DNA of 63,979 bases, counting the filler, from Lama guanicoe (taxonomy: Eukaryota), in NCBI GenBank assembly GCA_013239625.1. It is 101 parts of 101 records of this genome, joined end to end, with 100 filler letters (N's around TTAATTAATTAA, not from the genome) between each part and the next. Parts side by side here need not be neighbours in the genome. Positions count along the whole stretch, not along the records: positions 49,982 to 50,856 come from PNXV01026897.1; positions 50,957 to 51,786 come from PNXV01026898.1; positions 51,887 to 52,767 come from PNXV01026899.1; positions 52,868 to 53,479 come from PNXV01026900.1; positions 53,580 to 54,435 come from PNXV01026901.1; positions 54,536 to 55,171 come from PNXV01026902.1; positions 55,272 to 55,538 come from PNXV01026903.1; positions 55,639 to 56,454 come from PNXV01026904.1; 93 more parts are not named here. One strand, written 5' to 3'. Under the pieces are notes generated by a model that saw only the letters and a program-made list of their open reading frames with translations, had not been told where the DNA came from and searched no databases. This document shows, piece by piece, positions 49,882 to 62,089 of the stretch. Every line of letters begins with the position of its first letter. Within the stretch, counting starts at the first letter, position 1. Position numbers and translations under genes: made by a program.

Positions 49882-50956
49882 NNNNNNNNNNNNNNNNNNN
49901 NNNNNNNNNNNNNNNNNNNNNNNNNTTAATTAATTAANNNNNNNNNNNNNNNNNNNNNNNNNNNNNNNNNNNNNNNNNNNNGAATCAGACATCATTCATC
50001 TGGAGAAATGCTATTGGTTGCTGAAGGCTCAATCGCGAACTGGATGATTTGATTTAGAGACATTTGGCCCATTGGTTTCACCACCAATTCGTCCATCTCT
50101 GAGTGAAGGTGGGAATCCTTCTATTTTCTACAAATGTTCTTCGCTAAACACGTGAGCCCTGTTCTACCTTTGGAGCCTTGCGTATGTCGGTTTACCTTTC
50201 TGCACCTGAATATTCTCATATATAAACTCAATTTGACCAAGACAGTTGTTATGAAACTGCTCCAGTGTGGTGCCTCAGCGTCTGGTGCAGGGGTCAGGGT
50301 AATGGACATTGAATAGGCAAAGCTCTAGCTTCCACGCATGACCCCACCTCTTCCTCAGCTGAGGAGTCTCTACTGTATTTCTTTTATATAGAAGAAGTTT
50401 CCACTGCTGTATCCTTCCCCCACCCTTAAAAAATTAGGAAACCACTGGACTTGACCATCTCTAAGGTCCCCACTTAGCTCTGATCTTTTCACTGCTATAT
50501 ATATATGTTTTTCAAATGAGGTTTACAAAGAGTAGTTGTGGGTGGTAATCATAAAAACTGTATTTGAAATCTGAAAGCTTGGGTTCTGCTTCTGATTCAG
50601 ACCTTTTTTAAAAAACCTATTATTTTTAGCAAGTCAGTTAACTACTTCTTAGCTTCAATTTTCTGCTGTTTGAGGGCACAGAATTAGATTCTTGAAATAA
50701 TCTGTATTCTTCAGATTTCTAGTGTGTTTTAGAAATACTTGTTAGGGGAGCTAGAACAGACAGGGCTTCTTCAGAAGTGCAGTTGTGTTTTTACCTTTTT
50801 AGAATTGGAGATTGAGAAATCATTTCATTTGAAAACAAAATGATTCCATTTATTTTNNNNNNNNNNNNNNNNNNNNNNNNNNNNNNNNNNNNNNNNNNNN
50901 TTAATTAATTAANNNNNNNNNNNNNNNNNNNNNNNNNNNNNNNNNNNNNNNNNNNN

Positions 50957-51575
50957 TTTGTGATAATTATTAATAGACTAGTGTTTATTTCCATTTTTAA
51001 CTTCACTTTCCAGTTGATTGGTATTTCCTTTTTGATCATTTCTTTTTCTTTTTGTGGCTTGATAAGTATTCTTTTATAATCTTGGTTTCTTTTTTGCTTT
51101 GTGAATTCATTGTAAGCTTTTGACTTATTATTACGTTGTTTTATATTTATATTGACCTATGATATTTCTGTTTATTTTAACTGATAAGAATATAACTCAA
51201 ACCCATCCTGCAGAGAAGAGAAAAAAGAAGAAAACACTCTGTATTTTCATGTTTCAGTCAGTGATGCATAAAATTTTGACGTCCTGTTTTACAAAATCAT
51301 ATTTATTCTGTTGTAAGTCATTGTAGCTATTTCATTTCTAATTACAGCTTTCTCTTTTCTATAGCTTCCTGCTTGTTTTTTATTTAGAGTAGATCTTTCA
51401 TTATTTCTTTTTCTCTTGCTTAATTCTTTTAGTATTTGCTTGTGTGGAAGCTATTTATCTTGCCTTCTACACTAAAAAGTAGCGTTGCTTGATAAAGTAT
51501 CTTAGATTACAGCTATTTTCATTCAGGACTTTGAATATGACTTGCCACTGCCTTCTGCCTGTTGTATTTGTGCAG
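50957..51575 (-). mobile_element. L1 ORF1 3' part and inter-ORF region fragment
   Basis: TTGCTTGATAAAGTATCTTAG..TTCAGGACTTTGAATATGACTTGCCACTGCCTTCTG.CCTG antisense ORF1 text. Confidence 0.6.
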
Positions 51576-51609
51576 GAAATGTATTTACAAACATAGTGTA
51601 TTTAATTAT

Positions 51610-51786
51610 ATATATGTAAAGAAAACCTACAAATAAGTTAACAAATAAGGAGAAAACCTATACACTAAAAAAACAGAAAATATTGATGAATGAAATTAAA
51701 ACTGACCCAAAGAAATGAAAAAAATTTCTTGTGTTATTGATGTGAAACAATGTGGTTGCAACAACCCTACTACCCAAAGCAATCTA
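51610..51786 (+). mobile_element. L1 ORF2 fragment (post-RT region)
   Basis: Degenerate LYT.N.K.LM.EIK.D.KK..K...C.....LLPKAI. Confidence 0.7.
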
Positions 51787-51886
51787 NNNNNNNNNNNNNN
51801 NNNNNNNNNNNNNNNNNNNNNNNNNNNNNNTTAATTAATTAANNNNNNNNNNNNNNNNNNNNNNNNNNNNNNNNNNNNNNNNNNNN

Positions 51887-52767
51887 AACCTCCCCACGCT
51901 CAGGATTCCTGAACCATTGTCAGTGCGTGGGGGACTTCGAGAGACAACTGCACGCAGCTCTCTTCAGTCACAGGTGTTCCTGGTTCGGAGACGTCCGAGA
52001 AATACATTCCCTGACATTGGGCAGGCAGCCTCTGTCACTGGGATATCCTGCAAACCCCCCTAGCATTCCCTGGCACAGAGACATTAGGAAGACCCTCAGG
52101 GGAGAAGAGCTTAGGCTTTCCGTTAGAACCCACGCGCTGCGGACCGTTGGTGGAACCTCCCCACGCTCAGGATTCCTGAACCATTGTCAGTGCGTGGGGG
52201 ACTTCGAGAGACAACTGCACGCAGCTCTCTTCAGTCACAGGTGTTCCCTGTTCGGGGAAGTCTGAGAAATACCTTCCCTGACATTGGGGAGGCAGCCACT
52301 GTCATTGGGATATCCTGCAAACCCCCTAGGATTCTCTGGCACAGAGACATTAGGAAGACCCTCAGGGGAGAAGAGCTTAGGCTTTCCGTTAGAACCCACG
52401 CGCTGCCGACCGTTGGTGGAAGCACCCCACGCTCAGGATTCCGGCACCATTTTCAGAGCGTGGGGGAGCTCGAGAGACAACTCCCCGAAGCTCTCTTCAG
52501 TCACAGGTGTTCCCTGTTCGGGGAAGGCTGAGAAATACCTTCCCTGACATTGGGGAGGCAGCCACTGTCATTGGGATATCCTGCAAACCCCCTAGGATTC
52601 TCTGGCACAGAGACATTAGGAAGACCCTCAGGGGAGACGAGCTTAGGCATTCCGTTAGAACCCACGTGCTGCCGACCGTTGGTGGAAGCACCCCACGCTC
52701 AGGATTCCGGCACCATTTTCAGAGCGTGGGGGAGCTCGAGAGACAACTCCACGAAGCTCTCTTCAGT
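51887..52767 (+). repeat. 267-bp satellite array fragment
   Basis: About 3.3 monomers, 266-267 bp period. Confidence 0.95.
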
Positions 52768-52867
52768 NNNNNNNNNNNNNNNNNNNNNNNNNNNNNNNNN
52801 NNNNNNNNNNNTTAATTAATTAANNNNNNNNNNNNNNNNNNNNNNNNNNNNNNNNNNNNNNNNNNNN

Positions 52868-53479
52868 GGAGGTTCCACCAACGATCGGCAGCGCGTGGGT
52901 TTTAACGGAATGCCTACGCTAGTCTTCCCTGAGGGTTTTCCTAATTTCTCTGTGCCAGGGAATGCTAGGGGGATTTGCAGGATATCCCAGTGACAGATAC
53001 TGCCTCCCCAAGTTCAGGGAAGGTTTTCCTCGGACTTCCCGGAACAGGGAACACCTGGGATTGAAGAGAGCTGCGTGGAGTTGTCTCTCGTGCTCCCCCA
53101 CGCACTGACAATGGTTCCGGAATCCTGAGAGTATGAAGGTTCCACCAACGTTCGTCAGCGCTCGGGTTCAAACGGAATGCCTAAGCTCGTCTCCCCTGAG
53201 TGTTTTCCTAATGTCTCTGTGCCAGGGAATGCTAGGGGGATTTGCAGGATATCCCAGTGACAGATACTGCCTCCCCAAGTTCAGGGAAGGTATTTCTCGG
53301 ACTTCCCCAAACAGGGAACACCTGTGACTGAAGAGAGCTGCTTGGAGTTGTCTCTCGAGCTCCCCCACTCACTGACAATGGTTCCGGAATCCTGAGAGTA
53401 TGAAGGTTCCACCAACGTTCGTCAGCGCTCGGGTTCAAACGGAATGCCTAAGCTCGTCTCCCCTGAGTGTTTTCCTAAT
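52868..53479 (-). repeat. 267-bp satellite array fragment
   Basis: About 2.3 monomers, reverse orientation. Confidence 0.95.
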
Positions 53480-54535
53480 NNNNNNNNNNNNNNNNNNNNN
53501 NNNNNNNNNNNNNNNNNNNNNNNTTAATTAATTAANNNNNNNNNNNNNNNNNNNNNNNNNNNNNNNNNNNNNNNNNNNNTTTTTTTTCATGAAACACTGT
53601 CCAGACACATTTGCAATGAATTACAAGGGGACAGACCAATATTCCAAAGGACAATGAATCTCCTCTCAAATTTCATGCTTAAAAAATTAAACGTCTACCT
53701 TATAATTTTTTTTCCTTTAAAAAAAAATTATCCTATGGCACCTGATCTGAAAAGAGGCTGTCTTCTCTGTTTGGGAAGGTGTGTTCTGTAGATTTCACAA
53801 ATGCCAACATTGCGGAATCCTGAGTTGTATGGGACACTTGTTCCTGAGTAAGAGCAGAGTGTGTTGTGATTATTTGTAAGGACGTGGTGCTAGAACGGGG
53901 GCCCACAGGGACAATCCAGGAGTCAAATGTCCACATTCTAAAACCAGATAAAGACTTGGACTTATTTCTAGCTGGCGTCTACGTCCAAAAATATCTCAAC
54001 TTGTGGTTGAAATTGGATCAGGACTCCATAGGCGGCAAGCCTATCGGTCAGCATGTTTTGTGGTTTGGGGTATCCGTTCATTTATTAACGAAACCTGACA
54101 TAGTCTGGCCGTGGACAGTGACGGGTGTGGCCAGCAGCCTTTGCAGCAACCAGAACGGTGCACGTCAATGAATACGGGCTTCCTGAGACTCTCTCTTCCA
54201 GACCTTGGTGACTCCAGCTGAGCACCAAGGACTGAATAGCACTCTTAGGCTGCCAGCAGGAGCAGGGGGAGTGCAGTTAGTGTAATCGACTCTCTCAGCA
54301 AGGCAAACTGTATTCACGTAGCATCAGCGGTACTCGCCGTCTGGTGAAGGGGAGGAGCTGATGCACATTTAACACAAAAGTGATACATTTCAAATCACCT
54401 CCTGAACATAAAAGCCTGTGGTTCTACACATCTGGNNNNNNNNNNNNNNNNNNNNNNNNNNNNNNNNNNNNNNNNNNNNTTAATTAATTAANNNNNNNNN
54501 NNNNNNNNNNNNNNNNNNNNNNNNNNNNNNNNNNN

Positions 54536-55171
54536 AGCTGCGTGGAGTTGTCTCTCGAGCTCCCCCACGTTCAGAGAAAGGACCAAGATTCCTGAGCGAG
54601 AAGAGGTTCCACCCACGGTCGTCAGCACGTAGGTAATATCTGAATCCCTTACATGGCATTTCCTGAGTGTTTTACAGAATCTGGCTGCTAGGGAGATAAG
54701 GGATTAGCTGGAATCCCCAGTGGAAGCGGCTGTCTCCCCAAGGTCAGGGAAGGAATTTATCAGATTTCCCCTAAGAGGTAACACCTGTGAATGAAGATAG
54801 CTGTGTAGAGTTGTCTCTCTAGCTCCCCCATGCGCTCAGAATCATTCCGGAATCCTGAGTTTGGGGAGGTTCCACCAAAGTTCGGTAGCACGAGGGTTGT
54901 AATGGAATACATTAGCTAGTCTCTCCTGAGTGTTTTCCTGTGTCTGGCTGCCAGGGAATGCTAGGGGATTTTGCTGGAATTCTCAGTGGCATCGGCTGAC
55001 TCATCAAGATTATGGTAGTTATTTATCTGAATTCCGCCTAATAGGGAACACCTGTGACTGAAGAAAGCTGCGAGGGGTTTTCTCTCTAGCTCCCCCACGC
55101 ACAGAGAATGGTTCCAAAATCTTTAGCGTAGGGAGGACACAACAATTGTCAGCAGCACGTGGGTTCTAACG
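54536..55171 (-). repeat. Diverged subfamily of the 267-bp satellite
   Basis: Shares TCTGGCTG and CCTGAGTGTTTT variants with 45145-45610; more CpG decay. Confidence 0.88.
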
Positions 55172-56554
55172 NNNNNNNNNNNNNNNNNNNNNNNNNNNNN
55201 NNNNNNNNNNNNNNNTTAATTAATTAANNNNNNNNNNNNNNNNNNNNNNNNNNNNNNNNNNNNNNNNNNNNGTCCACCAATCAGAAAATGATGAAGTACC
55301 TGGAAGTGGGTTTAATAGAACAAAAGGGCTTCCAGGTAGTCAGATGGGCTGTCCGGATCCATTTGGTGAAAAACTGTCCAGTGTCTGTGGTTGAGCTGCT
55401 ACTATGCTGTTGAAAAGACTGGATTAGATGAAGGGATTTTAAAAAGCAGAAAGGAGTGATTTAAGGTGGTAAGTCCACACCGGTGAGACGTGATGGTTGA
55501 CCGCCCGTGTGAGGGATAGACAGAGTCTTACAAACTTCNNNNNNNNNNNNNNNNNNNNNNNNNNNNNNNNNNNNNNNNNNNNTTAATTAATTAANNNNNN
55601 NNNNNNNNNNNNNNNNNNNNNNNNNNNNNNNNNNNNNNAGGACTGGCGCTCGCTCGCTGGGTCTCCCCTCTCCAACAGAGAGGCCAGAAGGACAGAGGGC
55701 AGCCTCCAAGGCTCAGATCTGTACAGACCAGCCCTTGACTGACAGAACTAAGTTAAACGGGCACAGAGCGTCCCCCCGACACCCAGCTTGAGATGCTGGC
55801 TGGCAGCTGGGGGCAGGGTCAGGCTGCCCAAGCCGGGCGGAGGACGGGGGCGGCTGCACGGAGGCAGCTCCGGGGGACAGCAAGGGGCTGTGCGCCGTGG
55901 CTGTGGGTGCACAGGGCAGAACAATCTGGGCCCTCCATAAAACAGCAAGGTTGATGTGATCTTGGGGGAAGGGTGCATACCCCCATCTCTGAAAACCCGT
56001 GGAAAGTTTTCTGGGGAAGAGAGGCGGGGCTCAGGTGCAGCCGCCATATCCTCCGGAGCTGAGCACCCAGGCGGGGGCAGAGGCAAAACCTGCATCCGCA
56101 CCGAAGGGCTCAGCAGCCTCAAGGGCCAGACTGAGACGGGCCTACAGCCCTGGGCAGATAGGATCCTTCCATCCTGGTCCCTCAGAGAACTTGCTCTGCA
56201 AAGATAAACAAGGAGCTGATCTTAGGCCCGAGCAGGGACAAGGCTGTCCCTAGGTCTTCCCCAAGCCCACCTGCGGAGCGCCGACCCGAGGTGGAGCGCG
56301 CAGCCGCACAGAGCAGCGGCGCTACTGGCGCGTGGAGAGGGAGGGCGGACCCCCACCTTGAGGTCAGGAACGCAGCCCCTGACCGAGGTGCTGGGAGGGG
56401 GCGCCACCCGCCCTCCTACCTGGCCAGTCTGCAACATCTGACTGCGGCATCGGGNNNNNNNNNNNNNNNNNNNNNNNNNNNNNNNNNNNNNNNNNNNNTT
56501 AATTAATTAANNNNNNNNNNNNNNNNNNNNNNNNNNNNNNNNNNNNNNNNNNNN

Positions 56555-56970
56555 TTCTATTTTCTGTATTCTATATTCAATATTCTGTGTTCCTGAATCA
56601 ATAATCTCAATTCTATATTCTGCATTTGGTATTCTATATTCTAAACTGTGTGTTCTACATTCAATAATCTGAATTCTGTGTTCCACGTTCCATGTTCTAA
56701 ATTATGGGTTCAATATTCTCTATTCTATATTCTTAATTCTGTGTTCTACATTCTATACTCTAAATTCTTTATTCAGTATTCTGTATTCTATATTCTATAT
56801 TTTGTGTTCTGCATTCCATGTTCTAAATTATGGGTTCTGAATTCGTTTTTCCATATTCTATATTCTGTGTTCTACATTCTATATACTAAATTGCATTTTC
56901 AGTATTCTATATTCTATATTGTATGTCCTGAGTTCTGCATTCCTTGTTCTATATACTGTGTTCTATATCC
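56555..56970 (-). repeat. AT-rich heptamer satellite
   Basis: (ATATTCT)n degenerate array. Confidence 0.93.
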
Positions 56971-58095
56971 NNNNNNNNNNNNNNNNNNNNNNNNNNNNNN
57001 NNNNNNNNNNNNNNTTAATTAATTAANNNNNNNNNNNNNNNNNNNNNNNNNNNNNNNNNNNNNNNNNNNNGGGGGGGATCACAGAACTGGTGGAAATGTG
57101 ATGTTCTGAACTCTTGTTGCTTCTCTTCCAGTTTCCTTATCATCGTTTCAAGCTCTTTCATGCCTTGTCTTTAAAGCATTGGTTCAGAGAGTGGTTAATC
57201 TGCTCACCCCTCTCCTCAGTACCTTCGCAGTGTACAGACACTTCATTTGTGCCACGTTGGCTGGTGTCTTATGTTGTTTTATTTAAAAAAATCACTTATT
57301 ATATGCTTCTGGAGGGTAGGAAGGACCACATGCTCTACTTTGGGCTCTTTGTGGATCTTCCCAGAGTACCTAGTAAAATGATGAGTAGTGGTAACAAAGC
57401 TAAAGAAGAGGGGAGTCCTGGCCAAGGGTGGTCTAGATGGAGCCACATAGGGCCTTTACCAGCCCTCTCAAGCCAGAAGTGCAGTACACCAGCCAANNNN
57501 NNNNNNNNNNNNNNNNNNNNNNNNNNNNNNNNNNNNNNNNTTAATTAATTAANNNNNNNNNNNNNNNNNNNNNNNNNNNNNNNNNNNNNNNNNNNNGTGG
57601 TTGGAGAAGAGGACTTCTGACAAGAGGAGATGGAGTTCTCAGGTCCCACCATGCAGAGGAGAAAGCCTTTATTTCTAGCATTCTGCTGCAAACACAAATA
57701 CAACTGTAGTAAGAGGTGATTTTCAGATTCCGAATAGATGGCAGCAGAAGCCAAGGCAAGGTTCGAGGAGAAATCGGGTGTTATGTACCTTAGAATGCTG
57801 ATCTTGGCATAATACTCTGCAAACAGGGTGTGCAGGACACGGGTTCTGAGATCTGTGCACGATGTAGCAGAAGGTCTTTGAGGGGCCACCATTGGTCCAT
57901 CAATCCCTCCCCTTCCCAGCTGTAAGTTACTAAACTGAAAGAGAGCTGTCTATGTATGCTGACTTTCAAAGTATGTGGGAAAGCATATACTGAGANNNNN
58001 NNNNNNNNNNNNNNNNNNNNNNNNNNNNNNNNNNNNNNNTTAATTAATTAANNNNNNNNNNNNNNNNNNNNNNNNNNNNNNNNNNNNNNNNNNNN

Positions 58096-58549
58096 CACTA
58101 GGAAACAGACTGAGAAACCAGAGTAAGTGTTTCTCCTACAACCCTTTCTCTTTGTGCTAGATGAAAGAACGTCTCTCCACATGCTCAGTTCTGAGAGATA
58201 AGTGTGTGTGAAAGCGGTCTTTCACCTAGCTTGAAGGGAACACATATTTTGTTTTCAGTAGAAAACTCCACTCCATACATATATATGGGAAGGTACAAGC
58301 TCCAACTCGGTTTTACAGTGAAAACGGCAGGCACTTCAAACCGGCACAAGGAAGCAGACTGAGAAACCACAGTATATGTGTCTCCTGCAACCCGTTCCCT
58401 TTGTGCTGGATGAATGAACGTCTCTCCACATGCTCAGTTCTGAGAGATAAGTGTGTGTGAAAGCGGTCTTTCACCTAGCTTGAAGGGAACACATATTTTG
58501 TTTTCAGTAGAAAACTCCACTCCATACATATATATGGGGAGGTTCAAGC
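58096..58549 (-). repeat. 249-bp satellite array fragment
   Basis: About 1.8 monomers, reverse orientation. Confidence 0.95.
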
Positions 58550-58649
58550 NNNNNNNNNNNNNNNNNNNNNNNNNNNNNNNNNNNNNNNNNNNNTTAATTA
58601 ATTAANNNNNNNNNNNNNNNNNNNNNNNNNNNNNNNNNNNNNNNNNNNN

Positions 58650-59065
58650 ATTATGTAGAGTATAGAATTAAGAACACACAATATAGAATATAGAATATAG
58701 AATCCAGAATTAAGAACACGGAATGCAGAACACAGAATTTAGAATATAGAATACAGAATACTGAATATAAAATTTAGATCATAGAATGCAGGACACAGAA
58801 TTTAGAATATAGAATACAGAATACTGAATATAAAATTTAGATCATAGAATGCAGGACACAGAATTTAGAATATAGAATACAGAATACTGAATATAAAATT
58901 TAGATCATAGAATGCAGGACACAGAATTTAGAATATATAATAGAGGATACTGAATATAGAATTTAGAACATGGAATTCAGAACACAGGATTAAGACTATA
59001 GTATAAAGAATACTGCATGTAGAATTCAAATATAGAATGTAGAACACAGAATATAGAATATAGAA
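58650..59065 (+). repeat. AT-rich heptamer satellite with a 63-bp local unit
   Basis: CACAGAATTT at 58731, 58794 and 58857. Confidence 0.93.
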
Positions 59066-59165
59066 NNNNNNNNNNNNNNNNNNNNNNNNNNNNNNNNNNN
59101 NNNNNNNNNTTAATTAATTAANNNNNNNNNNNNNNNNNNNNNNNNNNNNNNNNNNNNNNNNNNNN

Positions 59166-59592
59166 GAACACAAAGTTTCTCTTCAGTTTCAGACTCCACT
59201 CCATACATATATAAGGGGTGGTACAAGCTCCAACTCGTTTTAACAGTGAAAACTGCAGGAACTTCAAACGGCACTAGGAAACAGACTGAGAAACCAGAGT
59301 AAGTGTTTCTCCTGCAAACTGTTCCCTTTGTGCTACATGAACGAACGTCTCTCCACATGCTCAGGTTTGAGAGTTAAGCGTGTGTGAAAGCCGTCCTTCA
59401 CCTAGCTTGTTGGGAACACAAAGTTTCTCTTCAGTTTCAGACTCCACTCCATACATATATATGGCGAGGTACAAGCTCCAACTCGGTTTTACAGTGAAAA
59501 CTTCGGGAAATTCAAACAGGCTCTAGGAAACACACTGAGATATCGGAGTAAGTGTTTCTCCTGCAACCTGTTCCCTTTGTGCTAGATGAACG
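59166..59592 (-). repeat. 249-bp satellite array fragment
   Basis: About 1.7 monomers, reverse orientation. Confidence 0.95.
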
Positions 59593-60199
59593 NNNNNNNN
59601 NNNNNNNNNNNNNNNNNNNNNNNNNNNNNNNNNNNNTTAATTAATTAANNNNNNNNNNNNNNNNNNNNNNNNNNNNNNNNNNNNNNNNNNNNAAAAGGAG
59701 ACGGTACCTCCTCGTCAGGGGACTCCGCGTTTTCCTCTTGTGCCGATTGTCACCTAGAGGGTGCAGGCACACACATGTTAGCGACAACACTGACCACTTT
59801 GAATTCTACCCACACCCGGGAAGTCTAACCCCATTCAAGAATCTTTCCGTAAACTAACGTGGCCCAAAGGACCTTCAGAGGACTGAAGAATTTTCTCGAG
59901 GGAAAACCTGGTCGTGTTTGGGATGTGTGGGAAGACAGTGGGCAAAAGGGAAGCAAGCAGTACTGCAGGTGGTATCTGGACCTAGAGTCTTGAGGTACTT
60001 TAGGTTCGCTCGTAGCTTCTTTCTTTCGACGGAGTTCCTGGCGATGGAGACCAGGAACTCCTGCGTCCGAAGCATGCCATCCATCTACCCAACAGCTACN
60101 NNNNNNNNNNNNNNNNNNNNNNNNNNNNNNNNNNNNNNNNNNNTTAATTAATTAANNNNNNNNNNNNNNNNNNNNNNNNNNNNNNNNNNNNNNNNNNNN

Positions 60200-60399
60200 G
60201 GAGGAAATAAATAAAATAGAGATTAAAGAATAGAAAAAAATCAATCAAGAAGAGAAATCAGAAGAGAAGTGGTAAAATTGTCACTATATGCAGATGACAT
60301 GATAGTATGTAAGGAAAACCCTAAAAGTTTCACACAAAAACTACAAGAGCTGGTACAACAATTCAACAAGGCAGCAGGATACAATATTAACATACAGAA
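60200..60399 (+). mobile_element. L1 ORF2 fragment with the RT YADD motif
   Basis: VKLSLYADDMIVCKENPK.FTQKL.EL..QFNK.AGY.INIQ. Confidence 0.92.
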
Positions 60400-60599
60400 N
60401 NNNNNNNNNNNNNNNNNNNNNNNNNNNNNNNNNNNNNNNNNNNTTAATTAATTAANNNNNNNNNNNNNNNNNNNNNNNNNNNNNNNNNNNNNNNNNNNNT
60501 TTTACTGCACCTATATTTTTAAAATTTACCTATATATACTGTTTATTGTCTCTATGAATGTTTAGAGCTTTAGCTTTGAAACTTACATAATTGTCAAAG

Positions 60600-60795
60600 G
60601 AATAAAGCCAACAACAATATAAGAATTAATTTAAAAAGATACATACACCTTGCTATTAACACATTATTTATAATTGCTTAGATAAGGAAGCATCCTAAGT
60701 GCACATCAATAGTTGAATAGATAATGAAGATGCAGCATATGTGTATATAATGGAATTAACTCACCTATAAAAAAGAAAGATATTTTGCCATTTTG
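60600..60795 (+). mobile_element. Diverged L1 3' ORF2/UTR fragment
   Basis: AAAAAGATACATACACC..CATTATTTATAATTGC..GGAAGCATCCTAAGTG..ATAAAAAAGAA.GATATTTTGCCATTT. Confidence 0.7.
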
Positions 60796-60950
60796 GCCCT
60801 TCATTCACTTTTTTTCCCACTTCAAAAACCAGACATTTTTAACTGGCAGANNNNNNNNNNNNNNNNNNNNNNNNNNNNNNNNNNNNNNNNNNNNTTAATT
60901 AATTAANNNNNNNNNNNNNNNNNNNNNNNNNNNNNNNNNNNNNNNNNNNN

Positions 60951-61455
60951 GAATATAGAATACAGAATACAGAATATATAATGTAGAACACAGAATATAC
61001 AATAAAGAACACAGAATACAGAATATAGAATGTAGAACACAAAATATGGAATATAGACTAGAGAATAGAAAACCCAGAAATAAGAACATGGAATTCAGAA
61101 CACAGAAATTAGAATATAGAATACAGAATTTAGAATGTAGAATAAAGAATGTAGAACACAGAATATACAATAAAGAACACAGAATACAGAATATAGAATG
61201 TAGAACACAAAATATGGAATATAGACTAGAGAATAGAAAACCCAGAAATAAGAACATGGAATTCAGAACACAGATTTTAGAATATAGAACAGAAGACAGA
61301 ATATAGAATGTAGAATATAGAATGAATAACACAGATTTCAGATTATACAATACAGAATACAGAACGCTGAATTTAAAACATGGAATGCAGAAAACATAAT
61401 AAAAATTATAGAATGCAGAATACAGGATGCAGAACCCAGCATTTAGAACATGGAA
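60951..61455 (+). repeat. AT-rich heptamer satellite with a 168-bp duplication
   Basis: GTAGAACACAGAATATACAATAAAG at 60983 and 61151. Confidence 0.93.
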
Positions 61456-61555
61456 NNNNNNNNNNNNNNNNNNNNNNNNNNNNNNNNNNNNNNNNNNNNT
61501 TAATTAATTAANNNNNNNNNNNNNNNNNNNNNNNNNNNNNNNNNNNNNNNNNNNN

Positions 61556-61989
61556 GTGACAGAGGCTGCCTCCCCAAGTTCAGGGAAGCTATTTCTCGGA
61601 CTTCTCCGTGCAGGAACACCTGTGACTGAAGAGAGCTGCGTGGAGTTGTCTCTCGAGCTCCCCCACTCAATGACAATGGTTCCGGAATCCAGAGCGTGGG
61701 GAGGTTCCACCAACGGTCGGCTGCGCATGGGTTCTAACGAATGCATGTGCTCGTCTCCCCTGAGGGTGTTCCTCATATCTCTGTGCCAGGGATTGCTAGG
61801 GGTGGATGAAGGAAATCCCAGTGACAGAGGCTGCCTCCACAAGTTCAGGGAAGGTATTTCTCGGACTTCCCCGAGCAGGGAACACCTGTGACTGAAGAGA
61901 GCTGCGTGGAGTTATCTCTCGAGCTCCTCCACTCCATGAAAATGGTTCAGGAATCCTGAGCGTGGGAAGGTTCCACCAACGGTCGGCAG
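61556..61989 (-). repeat. 267-bp satellite array fragment
   Basis: About 1.6 monomers, reverse orientation. Confidence 0.95.
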
Positions 61990-62089
61990 NNNNNNNNNNN
62001 NNNNNNNNNNNNNNNNNNNNNNNNNNNNNNNNNTTAATTAATTAANNNNNNNNNNNNNNNNNNNNNNNNNNNNNNNNNNNNNNNNNNNN

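Noticed and set aside
53733..54171. ORFs on both strands (Ser/Thr-rich minus ORF; 101-aa plus ORF) and a 12-bp match CGGAATCCTGAG to the 267-bp satellite
   Set aside because: No recognisable protein family, ambiguous splice signals, and the satellite match does not extend.
55639..56454. Several ORFs in GC-rich sequence
   Set aside because: Expected by chance at this GC content. Possibly a CpG-island edge, but no recognisable gene or motif cluster.
57597..57892. About 98-codon minus-strand ORF (MVAPQRPSATSCTDLRTRVLHTLFAEYYAK..)
   Set aside because: No recognised homology or convincing exon boundaries; would need BLASTX support.
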